Shown here in pieces: positions 19,772 to 30,164 of a DNA stretch of 64,000 bases; the stretch's first letter is position 1, and each line of letters starts with the position of its first letter. The DNA comes from an uncultured Acidobacteriota bacterium (lineage in GTDB: Bacteria > Acidobacteriota > Vicinamibacteria > Vicinamibacterales > UBA8438), in contig CAJWLU010000001.1 in the NCBI GenBank assembly GCA_913043225.1, positions 192,001 to 256,000 on the forward strand, read 5' to 3'. The notes under the pieces were generated by a model. The model was not told the origin of the DNA. It did no database searches and saw nothing but the letters and a program-made list of their open reading frames with translations. The translations under genes and the position numbers were made by a program.

Positions 19772-20499
19772 CCACGACTCGCACCGACCGTCCAACCGAC
19801 GAGCTGCGCCCGACGACGCTGACTCCCCACTACCTCGAACATGCGGAAGGTTCGGTGCTAATTGAAGCCGGTCGTACGCGCGTGATCTGCACCGCCAGTG
19901 TCGAAGCCAAAGTACCGCCGTTCCTCCGCGGCAGCGGCAAGGGCTGGGTCACGGCCGAGTACGGGATGCTGCCTCGAGCGACCTCCACGCGTTCAGCCCG
20001 GGAGGCCAGCCGTGGCAAGCAAGGGGGGCGGACCCAGGAGATCCAGCGCCTCATCGGCCGGTCGCTCCGAGCAGTCACGCGCCTCGAATCGATTGGAGAG
20101 CGAACCATCTGGATCGACTGCGACGTGATCCAGGCCGACGGCGGTACGCGCACGGCGTCCATCACCGGGAGCTTCGTGGCCCTCGCCTTCGCGCTGCGTC
20201 AGCTAAAAGAGCGGGGCGTCATCAATCAGATTCCGCTCGACGATCACGTCGCGGCGATCAGCGTGGGAATCGTAGGCGGAGAACCGCTGCTCGACCTGGC
20301 GTATACCGAAGATGCGGGCGCAGAGGTGGACATGAACGTGGTCATGACCGGGGATGAGCGGTTCATCGAAGTGCAGGGCACGGCCGAAGGCGCCCCGTTC
20401 ACGCGTGACCAGCATGACGCGTTGCTCGGACTCGCGGCCACCGGGATCAAACACCTCGTGGGCCTCCAGCGCGATCTGATCGGCGACTTGCGGTCATGA
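19768..20499 (+). CDS. rph: ribonuclease PH
   Basis: [52 protein letters not shown]. Confidence 0.97.
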   Translation: MTTTRTDRPTDELRPTTLTPHYLEHAEGSVLIEAGRTRVICTASVEAKVPPFLRGSGKGWVTAEYGMLPRATSTRSAREASRGKQGGRTQEIQRLIGRSLRAVTRLESIGERTIWIDCDVIQADGGTRTASITGSFVALAFALRQLKERGVINQIPLDDHVAAISVGIVGGEPLLDLAYTEDAGAEVDMNVVMTGDERFIEVQGTAEGAPFTRDQHDALLGLAATGIKHLVGLQRDLIGDLRS

Positions 20500-21128
20500 G
20501 CGCCCCCGCGCCGCTACGGTTGCTGGTGGCTACCACCAACTCCGGCAAGCGGCGTGAGATTCGCGGGATTCTCGGCGGTCTCGATCTCACCCTACTGACT
20601 CTGGCCGACTTCGCTCCAACCGCAGAACCCGAGGAAACCGGCTCGACATTCGTCGCCAACGCGCGGATCAAAGCCCTGGCCTACGCCGCCGCAACCGGCG
20701 AGCTGACGGTGGCGGAAGACTCCGGGCTGGAGATCGATGCCCTGGACGGCGAGCCCGGCGTGCGCTCCGCCCGATTCAACGGGGAGTCCTACGAGGAGAA
20801 GTTCACTACGATCCGCCGCATGCTGGCGGAGCGTGGTGTCACTAGCAGCACGGCACGGTTCGTCTGCGCGCTGGCGCTGGCCCGCGGAGACGAGATCGTC
20901 TGGGAGACAACGGGTGCCGTCGAAGGCCGGGTCGAGCTGCCGCCGCGGGGCGAGGCCGGCTTCGGCTACGACCCCATCTTCCACTACCCGCCGTATGGCT
21001 GCACGCTGGCCGAGGTGGACGGCGCGCGGAAGGCGGCGGTGAGCCACCGTGGCGCCGCGTTCCGCGCGCTCCGCGGCTATCTAGCCTCGCCTGGCGCGCC
21101 GGCGGCCTCGATCAGCGCGGCACCCTAA
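20496..21128 (+). CDS. rdgB: non-canonical purine NTP pyrophosphatase (RdgB/HAM1)
   Basis: [43 protein letters not shown]. Confidence 0.95.
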   Translation: MSAPAPLRLLVATTNSGKRREIRGILGGLDLTLLTLADFAPTAEPEETGSTFVANARIKALAYAAATGELTVAEDSGLEIDALDGEPGVRSARFNGESYEEKFTTIRRMLAERGVTSSTARFVCALALARGDEIVWETTGAVEGRVELPPRGEAGFGYDPIFHYPPYGCTLAEVDGARKAAVSHRGAAFRALRGYLASPGAPAASISAAP

Positions 21129-21397
21129 ACAGCGGTGCGGCGCCGCGCCCGGATCGCCAGCACCACCAGGTCGAAGGCGAGGTAGGGCGCCGCCAGGCTG
21201 TCACCAGCGTCCCTCCTGTTCCACACCCGTCATCGGGCCGGCCACTCACTCGTACTCCAACGCACAAGTGAGCCTGGCGTCCTCTCGAGCAAGCGGCGTA
21301 CCGGCCGGCGCTGGCCGTTCTCTCAGCGAATCCTGGGCGGGTCGGGATTCGAGCGCGGGGAATATCTCGCGCCCAAGTCAAGCCTGAAAATTTGGAG

Positions 21398-21886
21398 CTA
21401 ATGCGGCAACTTCCCTAGGGGTGCTCGACGTACGAACAGCTGGTAGAGGTGATGCGCCTCATGATGCTGCATGTACTCCACCTGGAAGTGGACGTCGAAG
21501 CGCTCGTACTGGGGATGCTGACCGGAGCGGTGCCAGGCGGCTGGTTCGAGCGTCTCGAGACGGTCGGCAAACGCCATCCGGTCCGAGAGAAACGCTTGGC
21601 GAGTCTCGGTCGCCGGGTGCGCCACAAGCTTCTCGAAGTCGGCGTCACCGTCAGGTGAGTAGGGGATGCAGGCCGGATTGTCGCGGGTCAGCATAGCCTC
21701 GATGCGGTCGTCGAACAGGCGCTGGCATCGCCACAGGTGACACACGAGCTCTCTGAGCGACCACTTTCCCGTGACGGTTCGCTGGGAAAGCTGTTCGTCA
21801 TCGAGACCGCGGGTCAGCCGCTCGACTTCGCGCCCCTGCTCCCGCAACTTCGACACCAGCGCAAGATGGGCATCATGCTTTGACAT
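21398..21886 (-). CDS. DinB family protein
   Basis: WSLRELVCHL and HHEAHHLYQL His-triad pattern. Confidence 0.85.
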   Translation of the reverse strand: MSKHDAHLALVSKLREQGREVERLTRGLDDEQLSQRTVTGKWSLRELVCHLWRCQRLFDDRIEAMLTRDNPACIPYSPDGDADFEKLVAHPATETRQAFLSDRMAFADRLETLEPAAWHRSGQHPQYERFDVHFQVEYMQHHEAHHLYQLFVRRAPLGKLPH

Positions 21887-21892
21887 GGTGAG

Positions 21893-21898
21893 AGTATA
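21893..21898 (-). promoter_or_regulatory. -10 element TATACT 6 nt upstream of dinB ATG (leaderless-type)
   Basis: Minus strand TATACT-ctcacc-ATG; no SD visible. Confidence 0.55.
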
Positions 21899-21939
21899 CG
21901 GCGGTCTCTCGTTCGACCGAGGTTGGTCGCCGTCTGCGT

Positions 21940-23277
21940 TCAGTCGGATTCGTGACGCACAGGAAGCTCAACTGTGAACACCGCCCCACCACCATCTCGG
22001 TTGGCGGCCCACACGCTTCCTCCGTGGAGACCGATGAGGTGCTTGGCGATTGCTAGCCCCAGCCCGGTACCACCCGGATGGCGTGTGCGAGCCCGATCGA
22101 CTCGATAGAACCGCTCGAAGACCCGGGGCAAATCTGCATCGGGGATGCCGGGGCCACGGTCGGCCACCATGATCCGGACCTGCCCTTCGCGATACGCGGC
22201 GCTCAGGTCGATGACACTGTCATCGGGGCCATAGTGCAGCGCGTTCTCGACGAGGTTTCTCACCGCGTCGTACAGCTTCACCGAATCGGCCGACAGCTGT
22301 ACAGTGGCGTTTTCCACCGAACACTCGATCCGCTGCCCCTTGCGCTCCGCTATCGTGGCCAGCTCTTCGCGAAGCGACGCGAACAACGAGGCCACCGAAC
22401 ACGAGGACACGTCGAGCGGCTCATGCCCAGCGTCCAGCCTGGCGAGCCGCAGAAGGTCGCTGACCAGCCGCTCCATGCGCGTGCTGCTCCTCGCAATGAT
22501 GTCTAGGTACCGCCGTGCATCTGGGTCAGACGTCTCATCCAGCAACGCCTCAACCCCGACCTTCACAGCGGTCAGTGGTGTGCGCAGCTCGTGAGACACA
22601 TTGGCGACGAAGTCCTGCCGTACCCGATCCGCCCGACGGAACTCGGTGACATCGTGCAGCACCAGAACAACCCCTCCGTCCTGGTCCGTGGTGAATGGTC
22701 GGGCACTGGCCAGCAGCACCCGCGGGAGGTCGGCGTTGAGGGTGACCTCATGCTGCCGTGTCTCTTCGCCGGCCGCAGCCAGCGTCAGCAGGCTCGTGAC
22801 CTCAGGGTGGCGGATCAGCTCGACATATTGGCGGCCGGTCGGCGGATCGTCGATGTCCAGCATCCGTTGCAGCGAGTCGTTGGCGGTCTGGACTCGGCCG
22901 GCGTCGTCGATGACCAGCACCCCTTCGACCATACCCTGCAAAATGGCCCTGGTGCGGCTCTGTTGGGACGACAGCTCTTCGACCCGCCGACCTAACTCTC
23001 GCGCAGTCTCGTCCAACGCGCGAGCCAGCGTGCCCAACTCGTCGCTCGCCCGGACCTGGTCCAGAGGCGCGGCCTCGCCAGCAGCGTAGCGCCGTGCGGC
23101 ACCTGCAACCGCAGCAACCCGGCGTCCCACCGACGCTGACATCATCCATGCAAGACCGATCGCGCCGGCCAAGGCAGCAAAGAGGCCGAGAACAGTCGTG
23201 TCCGTCATCGCCGACACCGAGAGGCTAAGGACGGCGACCGCCATCGAGGTAAGAAACAATCGAGTGCGGAGCTTCAC
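21940..23277 (-). CDS. phoR: phosphate regulon sensor histidine kinase (TM-HAMP-PAS-HisKA-HATPase)
   Basis: DFVANVSHELRTPLT, NLVENA, DRGPGI, FERFYRVD, GGTGLGLAI; follows pst-phoU-phoB. Confidence 0.9.
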   Translation of the reverse strand: MKLRTRLFLTSMAVAVLSLSVSAMTDTTVLGLFAALAGAIGLAWMMSASVGRRVAAVAGAARRYAAGEAAPLDQVRASDELGTLARALDETARELGRRVEELSSQQSRTRAILQGMVEGVLVIDDAGRVQTANDSLQRMLDIDDPPTGRQYVELIRHPEVTSLLTLAAAGEETRQHEVTLNADLPRVLLASARPFTTDQDGGVVLVLHDVTEFRRADRVRQDFVANVSHELRTPLTAVKVGVEALLDETSDPDARRYLDIIARSSTRMERLVSDLLRLARLDAGHEPLDVSSCSVASLFASLREELATIAERKGQRIECSVENATVQLSADSVKLYDAVRNLVENALHYGPDDSVIDLSAAYREGQVRIMVADRGPGIPDADLPRVFERFYRVDRARTRHPGGTGLGLAIAKHLIGLHGGSVWAANRDGGGAVFTVELPVRHESD

Positions 23278-23314
23278 GGGTCTGCCCTACTCTCCAGTTC
23301 CTCGGAGCTCGACG

Positions 23315-23998
23315 TCAGCGGGTGTCGATGAATTTGTAGCCAAACTGTTTGATCGTGACGATCTGCTGGACCAAAACAGGCAACTTCTCGCGCAGTCGGC
23401 GAACATGCACATCGACCGTGCGGGTGCCACCGGTGTATCGGTAACCCCACACATCAGACAGCAGACGGTCCCTGGAGAGCACCCGCCCCTGGTGCTCGAT
23501 GAAGTAGCGCAGCAGCAGGAATTCCTTGGCCGTCAGTCGCACTTCTTGCCCCTCGCAGGCCACCTCGTGGCTGGCGAGGTCGATTGAAATCGAACCGATG
23601 TTGACTACCTGATCGGCGGCCAACGGCTTAGTTCGGCGAAGCACCGCCTGCACCCGCGCCACGAGTTCCCTTGGACTGAACGGTTTAGTGACATAGTCGT
23701 CAGCTCCGATCTCGAACCCCGCCACCCGATCTTCCTCGTGGACCCGAGCAGTGACCATGACAATAGGCACAGCGGCCAACTCAGCGTCCGCCCGTACGAG
23801 CCGGCAGACCTCAAGCCCGCTCAATCCTGGCAGCATGACGTCGAGTACGACGAGATCCGGCCGCGCTTCGCGGAGCCTGGGGAGCACCTCGTCACCACTG
23901 GTCACCAATTCAGTCTCGAAGCCAGCTCGAACAAGATGCAGGCGAACCAATTCGGCAATATCGTGGTCGTCTTCAACAACAAGAACCTTAGCTTTCAT
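23315..23998 (-). CDS. phoB: OmpR-family response regulator PhoB/PhoP
   Basis: VVEDD, LDVMLP, GADDYVTKPFS, TRTVDVHVRRLR; genomic context. Confidence 0.9.
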   Translation of the reverse strand: MKAKVLVVEDDHDIAELVRLHLVRAGFETELVTSGDEVLPRLREARPDLVVLDVMLPGLSGLEVCRLVRADAELAAVPIVMVTARVHEEDRVAGFEIGADDYVTKPFSPRELVARVQAVLRRTKPLAADQVVNIGSISIDLASHEVACEGQEVRLTAKEFLLLRYFIEHQGRVLSRDRLLSDVWGYRYTGGTRTVDVHVRRLREKLPVLVQQIVTIKQFGYKFIDTR

Positions 23999-24068
23999 TG
24001 ACTCTGTTACTTCAGGAAAACCTGGCTCTTATTCTCGAACGCGACAACCCCTGTGCTATCCCTACCCC

Positions 24069-24770
24069 TTAGCTTTCGCGTACGGCATTGCCTTCCTGTC
24101 CGTGGTGACGGACGTCGAGACCAGACACGATGAAGATAGCCTCCTCGGCAATGTTGGTGGCATGGTCGCCTATGCGCTCGAGATGGCGCGAGATGAGAAT
24201 CAGATCGAGCGACTGCTCCGTCACCGACGGATCAGACAGCATGAAGCTCAGTAGCTCGCGGAACACCTGGTCTTTGAGATGATCCAGCGAGTCATCGCGA
24301 TCGAGTACCTCCTGAGCCAGGGCCATGTCTTGCCGCACATACGCGTTAAGGGCGTCGCGGAGCATCCCCTGAGCGATCTCCGCCATTCGGGGGATGTCGA
24401 TCAGTGGCTTGACGGCAGGGTGCTCAAGGTAACCCAGTGTCGCCTCGGCGATATTGACGGCGAAGTCACCGATCCGCTCTAAATCGCTGTTGATCTTGAC
24501 CCCAGACACCACCACTCGGAGATCGGTGGCCATTGGTTGTTGCAGCGCGAGCAGCTGGAAACAGCGTTCATCGATTTCGAGATGCAGCTGGTTGATCGGC
24601 GCGTCACCGGCCAGGACGCGTTCCGCCAGCGCGTAATCCCGGTCAACCAACGATTGCACCGCAGCACGCACCTGCTCTTCGGCCCCACCAGCCATCACGA
24701 GCAGGCGTTCCTTCAGGTGCTCAAGCTCTTCTTCAAAGTGCCGGCTTGCACGCGGCGCAGTGTCGGTCAA
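24069..24770 (-). CDS. phoU: phosphate signalling complex protein PhoU
   Basis: QQPMATDLR, DLERIGD, HLERIGDHATNIAE. Confidence 0.96.
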   Translation of the reverse strand: MTDTAPRASRHFEEELEHLKERLLVMAGGAEEQVRAAVQSLVDRDYALAERVLAGDAPINQLHLEIDERCFQLLALQQPMATDLRVVVSGVKINSDLERIGDFAVNIAEATLGYLEHPAVKPLIDIPRMAEIAQGMLRDALNAYVRQDMALAQEVLDRDDSLDHLKDQVFRELLSFMLSDPSVTEQSLDLILISRHLERIGDHATNIAEEAIFIVSGLDVRHHGQEGNAVRES

Positions 24771-24797
24771 AAGTCTCCTCCTCCGTCAGACCACGTC

Positions 24798-25655
24798 CTA
24801 GCCGAATCGACCGGTAACGTAGTCCTCTGTCAATTTCTCGGTCGGAGCAGTGAAGATCTGGCTAGTGCGGCCGTACTCGACAAGTTTCCCGAGCCAGAAC
24901 ACCGCCGTCCGGTCGGAAACGCGAGCCGCCTGCTGCATGTTATGGGTGACGATGATGATCGTGTACTCGCTCTTAAGCTGATACACCAACTCCTCGATGC
25001 GTTGGGTCGCAATGGGATCAAGAGCGGAGGCTGGTTCGTCCATGAGGAGGACCTCCGGCTGCACCGCCAAGGCTCGAGCGATGCACAGTCGCTGCTGCTG
25101 TCCACCGGACAGTGCGAGCGCCGACTCTCTCAGACGCTCGGACACCTCTTCCCACAGCGCCGCTGCTTTCAGGCTCGACTCGACTCGATCATCGAGCTCA
25201 GACTGTGACTCGGCCATCCCATTGATCCGAAGGCCGTACGCGACGTTGTCGTAGATGGACTTCGGAAACGGATTGGACTTCTGGAAGACCATGCCGACCC
25301 GACGCCGGAGCTCAACGACATCGGTTCCAAACCCGTAGATGTCGTCCCCATCGATCGACACCTTGCCCTCGACCCGGGCACCGGGAATGATGTCGTTCAT
25401 CCGATTCAACGTCCGGAGGAACGTGCTTTTTCCACACCCGGATGGACCGATGAGCGCGGTGACCTGATTGGCTGGGATGGCTATCGTCACCTGCTCGAGC
25501 GCCTGCTTCTGTCCGTAGAAGAAGCTGAGCTCGGTGACATCCACCTTGGTCGGCGTGTCGGCCGAACCACGCTCGGTTCCTTGCTGGGACACATCGGCCA
25601 GTGAGGGTATGGCGGCTTTCGAAGTAACCGTCGTTCCTTCGTTGGGATTCGTCAC
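24798..25655 (-). CDS. pstB: phosphate ABC transporter ATP-binding protein
   Basis: [51 protein letters not shown] overlap with pstA stop. Confidence 0.96.
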   Translation of the reverse strand: MTNPNEGTTVTSKAAIPSLADVSQQGTERGSADTPTKVDVTELSFFYGQKQALEQVTIAIPANQVTALIGPSGCGKSTFLRTLNRMNDIIPGARVEGKVSIDGDDIYGFGTDVVELRRRVGMVFQKSNPFPKSIYDNVAYGLRINGMAESQSELDDRVESSLKAAALWEEVSERLRESALALSGGQQQRLCIARALAVQPEVLLMDEPASALDPIATQRIEELVYQLKSEYTIIIVTHNMQQAARVSDRTAVFWLGKLVEYGRTSQIFTAPTEKLTEDYVTGRFG

Positions 25656-26497
25656 TGCTGGAACCGATCTCGCAACCACGCCGCCGTCCCGTTCATGACC
25701 AACAGCAACGCGAGCAGGACAATGATACCGGCGGCTGCGTTCTCCAGAAACGCCTCCTGGGGCCGAGACACCCAATTGAACACCTGGATGGGCAACACCG
25801 TGAAAGGGGACCACAACCCATCTGGTGCGAACGGCACGTAGGTCAGTGCACCGATGGTGATGAGCGGGGCCGTCTCTCCGATCGCCCGTGAGAGGGCCAG
25901 GATCATGCCTGTCAGCATCCCGGGAAGCGCGACCGGCAGCACCTGGTACCAGATGGTCTGCCACTTGGTAGCTCCGAGTGCATAGGAGGCCTCCCGCAGC
26001 GACGGCGACACCGCCCGGAGCGCCTCTCTCGAGGAGAGGATCACCACTGGAAGCACGAGCAGAGCCAGAGTGGCAGCACCCGCGATCACACTACGTCCGA
26101 GGGCAAGGGTGCGGACCAGCAGCCCAAGGCCCAGCAGACCATAGATAACCGAGGGCACACCGGCGAGGTTGGCGATGTTGATCTCGATCACCCGAGACCA
26201 CCCTCCGCGCTTTCCGTACTCCTCTAGATAGATGGCCGCGCCGATACCAATCGGTACCGCGAACAGCGCCGTGAGGGAAATCACCCACACGGTACCGGCC
26301 AACGCCGCGTAGACGCCCGCATTCTCGGCGCGCCGCGATGGGAAGCTCGTCAGAAACTCCCACGAAATCCGGCCCAGACCGTCCGAAAAAATGTCGACCA
26401 GCAGCGCCCCCAGCACGACCAGACCGAGCAGGGTGGCGCCAAGCCCAGCACCATGCAGCAAGTGATCCAGGAACTGGTTTCGGAGGCGACGCGTCAC
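25652..26497 (-). CDS. pstA: phosphate ABC transporter permease PstA
   Basis: [34 protein letters not shown]. Confidence 0.95.
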   Translation of the reverse strand: MTRRLRNQFLDHLLHGAGLGATLLGLVVLGALLVDIFSDGLGRISWEFLTSFPSRRAENAGVYAALAGTVWVISLTALFAVPIGIGAAIYLEEYGKRGGWSRVIEINIANLAGVPSVIYGLLGLGLLVRTLALGRSVIAGAATLALLVLPVVILSSREALRAVSPSLREASYALGATKWQTIWYQVLPVALPGMLTGMILALSRAIGETAPLITIGALTYVPFAPDGLWSPFTVLPIQVFNWVSRPQEAFLENAAAGIIVLLALLLVMNGTAAWLRDRFQQ

Positions 26498-27384
26498 GCG
26501 TACTCCTCTCGGAAACGCTCACGAAGCCAGTTGCTCACTAGGTTGAGCAAAAACGTGCTCACGAAAAGCAGCATGCCTACCGCGAAGATCGTGCGATAGG
26601 CCAGCGTTCCCGTGGGCGTATCACCGAGACTCACCTGCACGATGTAGGCGGTCATAGTCTCGATGGACACCAGGGGGTTGGCGGTCAATCTGGGCTGCTG
26701 ACCAGCGGCGATCGTGACGATCATCGTCTCGCCGATAGCCCTGGATACGGCGAGGATGCCGGCCGCCGAGATACCGGACAATGCCGCCGGGAGCACTACC
26801 CGCAACGTCGTCTGCATCTTGGTGGCACCGAGTGCATAGGCCGCTTCGCGCAACCCACCGGGCACACCGCGCAGTGCGTCTTCGGAGAGGGACGAGACCA
26901 TGGGCAAGATCATGATCCCCATCACCAATCCTGGGCTGAGCGCGTTGAAGCCTGACAATCCCGGGATGACCTGCTGCAGGAGCGGGGTAACGAACAGAAG
27001 CGCAAAGTAGCCGTAAACGACCGTCGGCACTCCCGCCAAGACCTCAAGGATCGGCTTGACGACTCGACGCACCCGAGCCGGGGCGTACTCGCTCAAGTAG
27101 ATCGCGGTGAGCAAGCCGGCCGGCCCGGCGACACTCATGGCGATGACCGAGACCAGCAGAGTGCCACTCACCAAGGGCAGCACCCCGAACGATTTCTGGA
27201 AGAAGAGCGGGGTCCAGACGGTACCGAACAGGAAGTCGACCGGGGACACCTCTCGGAAGAACTGCAGGGTCTCAACGGCCAGCACCGAGATAATCCCGAG
27301 AGTCACGACGATGGAGAGGGCGGCACACGCAAACAGCACCGACTCGATGAGCCGCTCGATCCGAGCACGCCAACTCCGGGTCAT
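26494..27384 (-). CDS. pstC: phosphate ABC transporter permease PstC
   Basis: [30 protein letters not shown]. Confidence 0.95.
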   Translation of the reverse strand: MTRSWRARIERLIESVLFACAALSIVVTLGIISVLAVETLQFFREVSPVDFLFGTVWTPLFFQKSFGVLPLVSGTLLVSVIAMSVAGPAGLLTAIYLSEYAPARVRRVVKPILEVLAGVPTVVYGYFALLFVTPLLQQVIPGLSGFNALSPGLVMGIMILPMVSSLSEDALRGVPGGLREAAYALGATKMQTTLRVVLPAALSGISAAGILAVSRAIGETMIVTIAAGQQPRLTANPLVSIETMTAYIVQVSLGDTPTGTLAYRTIFAVGMLLFVSTFLLNLVSNWLRERFREEYA

Positions 27385-27410
27385 GATAGCGACGACTCAG
27401 GTTGTCGTGG

Positions 27411-28457
27411 TCAGTGTCCGGCGCCGGTCAGGAGACTGGACAACGAAGCCATCTCATTCCCATGACCATACATCGTGCCGGTCACACGATCCTCAACCCG
27501 CTGCTCAACCAGTGCATACTCCTGGTCGGTCAGCGGCACATAGCCGACTTCGCGAACCAGGCTGGCGCCCTCATTGAGGAAGTACCCCACGAATCCAGAG
27601 ACCTCAGGTCGGTCCAACGCCGACGGATTCACGTAGATGTAGACCGGCCTGGATAGTGGCTGGTAGGTACCGTCGCGCACCGTGTCCGGCGAGGGCTCGA
27701 TGGCACCGGCACCGTTGGCGTCGTCTTCGTCGTCAATGGCCACCAGGTTGAGCCGATCCTGATTCTCCTCATAGTAGGCGTAGCCAAAAAACCCCATGGC
27801 TAGCTCGTCGGTGGACACTCCCTGGACGAGAACATTGTCATCCTCGCTGGACGTGAAATCGCCGCGGCTGGCGCCCTCGTTACCCACAATCACCTGCGTG
27901 AAGTAGTCAAACGTGCCAGAGTCAACACCGGGACCGAACAGGCGCAACTCTTGATCCGGCCATCCGGGCTTCACCTGGTTCCATCGGGTAATCTCACCCT
28001 GGGCAGCAGGTTCCCAGATCCGCTTGAGATCGGCAGGCGTCAGGGTGCCCACCCAGTCGTTCGACGGATGAGTCACAACGGAGATGCCGTCGTAGGCGAC
28101 GGGAAGCTCGATGAACTCGATGCCGGCCTCCGCACACGCCGCGACCTCAACGTCCTTGATCGGCCGTGATGCATCGGAGATATCGATCTCACCGGCACAG
28201 AATTTCTTGAACCCGCCACCGGTCCCGGAAACACCTACCGTGACCCTGGTCCCCGGATTGGCCAGCTGATACTCCTCAGCCACCGCTTCGGCAATCGGGA
28301 AGACCGTGCTCGAGCCGTCCACGGTAATGACAGACATCGCCCCTTCGCCGCCGCTGCCACCGCAGGCCCAGAGCCCAGCAAACAAGACCAGAACGAACAG
28401 TGCTCCGGGGGGACGAGATATGAACGGGAGGGACGAGGCACGGTCTTCATTCATCAT
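27411..28457 (-). CDS. pstS: phosphate ABC transporter substrate-binding lipoprotein PstS
   Basis: Lipobox [38 protein letters not shown]. Confidence 0.95.
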   Translation of the reverse strand: MMNEDRASSLPFISRPPGALFVLVLFAGLWACGGSGGEGAMSVITVDGSSTVFPIAEAVAEEYQLANPGTRVTVGVSGTGGGFKKFCAGEIDISDASRPIKDVEVAACAEAGIEFIELPVAYDGISVVTHPSNDWVGTLTPADLKRIWEPAAQGEITRWNQVKPGWPDQELRLFGPGVDSGTFDYFTQVIVGNEGASRGDFTSSEDDNVLVQGVSTDELAMGFFGYAYYEENQDRLNLVAIDDEDDANGAGAIEPSPDTVRDGTYQPLSRPVYIYVNPSALDRPEVSGFVGYFLNEGASLVREVGYVPLTDQEYALVEQRVEDRVTGTMYGHGNEMASLSSLLTGAGH

Positions 28458-28463
28458 GGGTCT

Positions 28464-28517
28464 ACCCTAGCCTTCAGCAATTTCGTGACTGTTACGACCT
28501 TGTTAATTCCATGTAAA
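28464..28517 (-). promoter_or_regulatory. Pho-box promoter of pstS
   Basis: Minus-strand hexamers TTTACA/TTAACA/GTAACA/GAAATT at 11-bp period (28517-28479), 9 nt gap, then -10-like TAGGGT 6 nt before ATG. Confidence 0.75.
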
Positions 28518-28527
28518 CGACCGCCAC

Positions 28528-28659
28528 TCAGACCAACCAGGGCCCCTCGTCACGGTCCTCGCTGAAACGGTAGCCAAGCCCGAACACCGTCTTGATCTGC
28601 GCGGTGGCGGCTCGGAACCGCCAGCCACGGCGTGCGGCCACCACCGCTAGCAGTCCCAC
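28528..28659 (-). pseudogene. remnant resembling the C-terminus of an OmpR/PhoB winged-helix domain
   Basis: Hand translation VGLLAVVAARRGWRFRAATAQIKTVFGLGYRFSEDRDEGPWLV*; IKTVFGLGYRF matches the IxTVxGxGYRF wing; in-frame TAG just upstream. Confidence 0.5.
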
Positions 28660-28676
28660 GGAGCAGGACTACCATC

Positions 28677-28740
28677 GGGGCAAAGCCCCATAGAGTGTGG
28701 ACGAGACAGGGCTGGCGTGAGGTATGGGGCAACGCCCCAT
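28677..28740. repeat. two near-identical short hairpins GGGGC-AA(A/C)-GCCCC
   Basis: GGGGCAAAGCCCC at 28677-28689 and ATGGGGCAACGCCCCAT at 28724-28740, just downstream of the porin stop. Confidence 0.5.
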
Positions 28741-28747
28741 CTAAGAC

Positions 28748-29902
28748 CTAGAACCGAACGATCGCGGCTACGTGCGGTCGGGTTAACCAGTTGTCGTTTG
28801 CCCCGGTGCCGGTGACGAGACGTCGACTGATGTGCATCGTCAGGTCTAAGGTCAAGTTGGGTACCGGGACGTAAGCGATGGTGAACATGTGCAGCCAGAG
28901 ATTGGTTCCGGGCATATCACTGAACACGAACGGTGACAGCGCCGCTTCCTGTTCGATCCGTCCGATCGTATAGCCCAGCTCATACGTACCGGTCTCACCG
29001 GAGCCGCCATACTCCGCTTCGAACCACATGCCGGTGTCTTGGTCTGTAGCGGCACGCGTGTTCTTGAGGTATTCACCGAGCATGCGGAGTGGGTAGTGTT
29101 CGCGCCCGGTATCGAACTCGGCCTGGACAATGGTATCGACCATGTTGAAGTCCGACACGAGCCCGATGATGTTTCCGGCGGCGTCCCGCTCAACCTGGTT
29201 CGTGAGCAAGCTGTTCAATGGACCGGTGGCTCGCCCCACCGCCACCTGGTCGACATTGCCGAACGCGTAGTCGGCGACCGACACTTGTAATCGGTGAGGC
29301 CCAAAGCGGAACCCAACCTCGCCATAAGCCGCGAGCATGTACGCATCCTGGTCACGACTGACCTCATTGACGGCGGTCTGGAGCGCCAGCAAAGTCACAT
29401 CGACTCGGTCGCTGAGCTCCCAAGCGACCTGCTCGTAGCCGCCCTCAAAATTGAGGTCGTCGTCCCACACCATCTGAGTCCGAGTCATCGGCGAGCCGAA
29501 CTTGCCCATCGCGAGCGTGAGCGCGGATCCACCGGGGTTGTACCGGATGTTAGCCCGATCGAGATTGAACGGCTTGGGGCGAAAGAAGCTGGTGAATGTC
29601 TGATTGGTGGACACCGGAGTCCCCGGGTCACCACTGGCGATCTGAATCTGCAGCCGGGTATCGTCGTTAATTTCGGTGTCGATCCGTAGCCGCAGCCGGA
29701 AACGGGTGCGGTGGCGGGCTTCGCGATCGGTCTGATAGAAACCCTCGTAGCGGGAGCGGAAATCTCCGCCGAACTGGATCCGCTCATACCAGGCCGTCTG
29801 AGCCTCAGCGGGGACATTTCCCACCAGCAATAACATTCCAATCAACAACAAGTGCCAACTTGGCCGACTCACCGCTCCAATCGCTATCGTGGGTTTAATC
29901 AT
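28748..29902 (-). CDS. putative outer-membrane porin (Porin_5-like), probably phosphate-starvation induced
   Basis: Signal peptide, GDFRSRYE, R-rich RHRTRFRLRL strand, PVSTNQT, WDDDLNFEG, C-terminal Phe; Pho boxes upstream. Confidence 0.8.
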   Translation of the reverse strand: MIKPTIAIGAVSRPSWHLLLIGMLLLVGNVPAEAQTAWYERIQFGGDFRSRYEGFYQTDREARHRTRFRLRLRIDTEINDDTRLQIQIASGDPGTPVSTNQTFTSFFRPKPFNLDRANIRYNPGGSALTLAMGKFGSPMTRTQMVWDDDLNFEGGYEQVAWELSDRVDVTLLALQTAVNEVSRDQDAYMLAAYGEVGFRFGPHRLQVSVADYAFGNVDQVAVGRATGPLNSLLTNQVERDAAGNIIGLVSDFNMVDTIVQAEFDTGREHYPLRMLGEYLKNTRAATDQDTGMWFEAEYGGSGETGTYELGYTIGRIEQEAALSPFVFSDMPGTNLWLHMFTIAYVPVPNLTLDLTMHISRRLVTGTGANDNWLTRPHVAAIVRF

Positions 29903-29909
29903 TCTGGCA

Positions 29910-29963
29910 AGACTAGTCTCAGCGCATTACACACCAGTTTCAAACGCGTTAAATCGATGTAAC
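29910..29963 (-). promoter_or_regulatory. Pho-box promoter of the porin gene
   Basis: Minus-strand hexamers GTTACA/TTAACG/GAAACT/GTAATG at 11-bp period (29963-29925), 9 nt gap, then TAGTCT 7 nt before ATG; same geometry as pstS. Confidence 0.65.
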
Positions 29964-30164
29964 TTAGGTAGTTCAGAGCCGTCGGTGAGCACGGCGCTGA
30001 CCGTCAGCATCGTGACCCGCACCCGAATCGCCTCTGCCACTGCCCAACGCCGTCCCGATGATCATGGGAGCCAATGTCGGCACCGCCGAGACGCCGACCG
30101 TCGGTGGATCTGCGCGTCGCACCCAAGCGGCCTGTGGTAGCGTGATGGTTGTGAGCACGTGCCG

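Noticed and set aside
21331..21360. tRNA 3'-end-like string (minus strand CTCGAATCCCGACCCGCCCA) downstream of rdgB
   Set aside because: Lacks GTTC in the T-loop and I cannot fold an acceptor, D or anticodon arm; not called as tRNA or att site
21940..23277. PhoR lacking a periplasmic sensor domain
   Set aside because: Also true of E. coli-type PhoR, which senses through Pst/PhoU; not unusual
24798..25964. Apparent 388-aa PstB with N-terminal extension
   Set aside because: The extension overlaps pstA in another frame; a GTGA-coupled start at 25655 gives a normal-sized PstB
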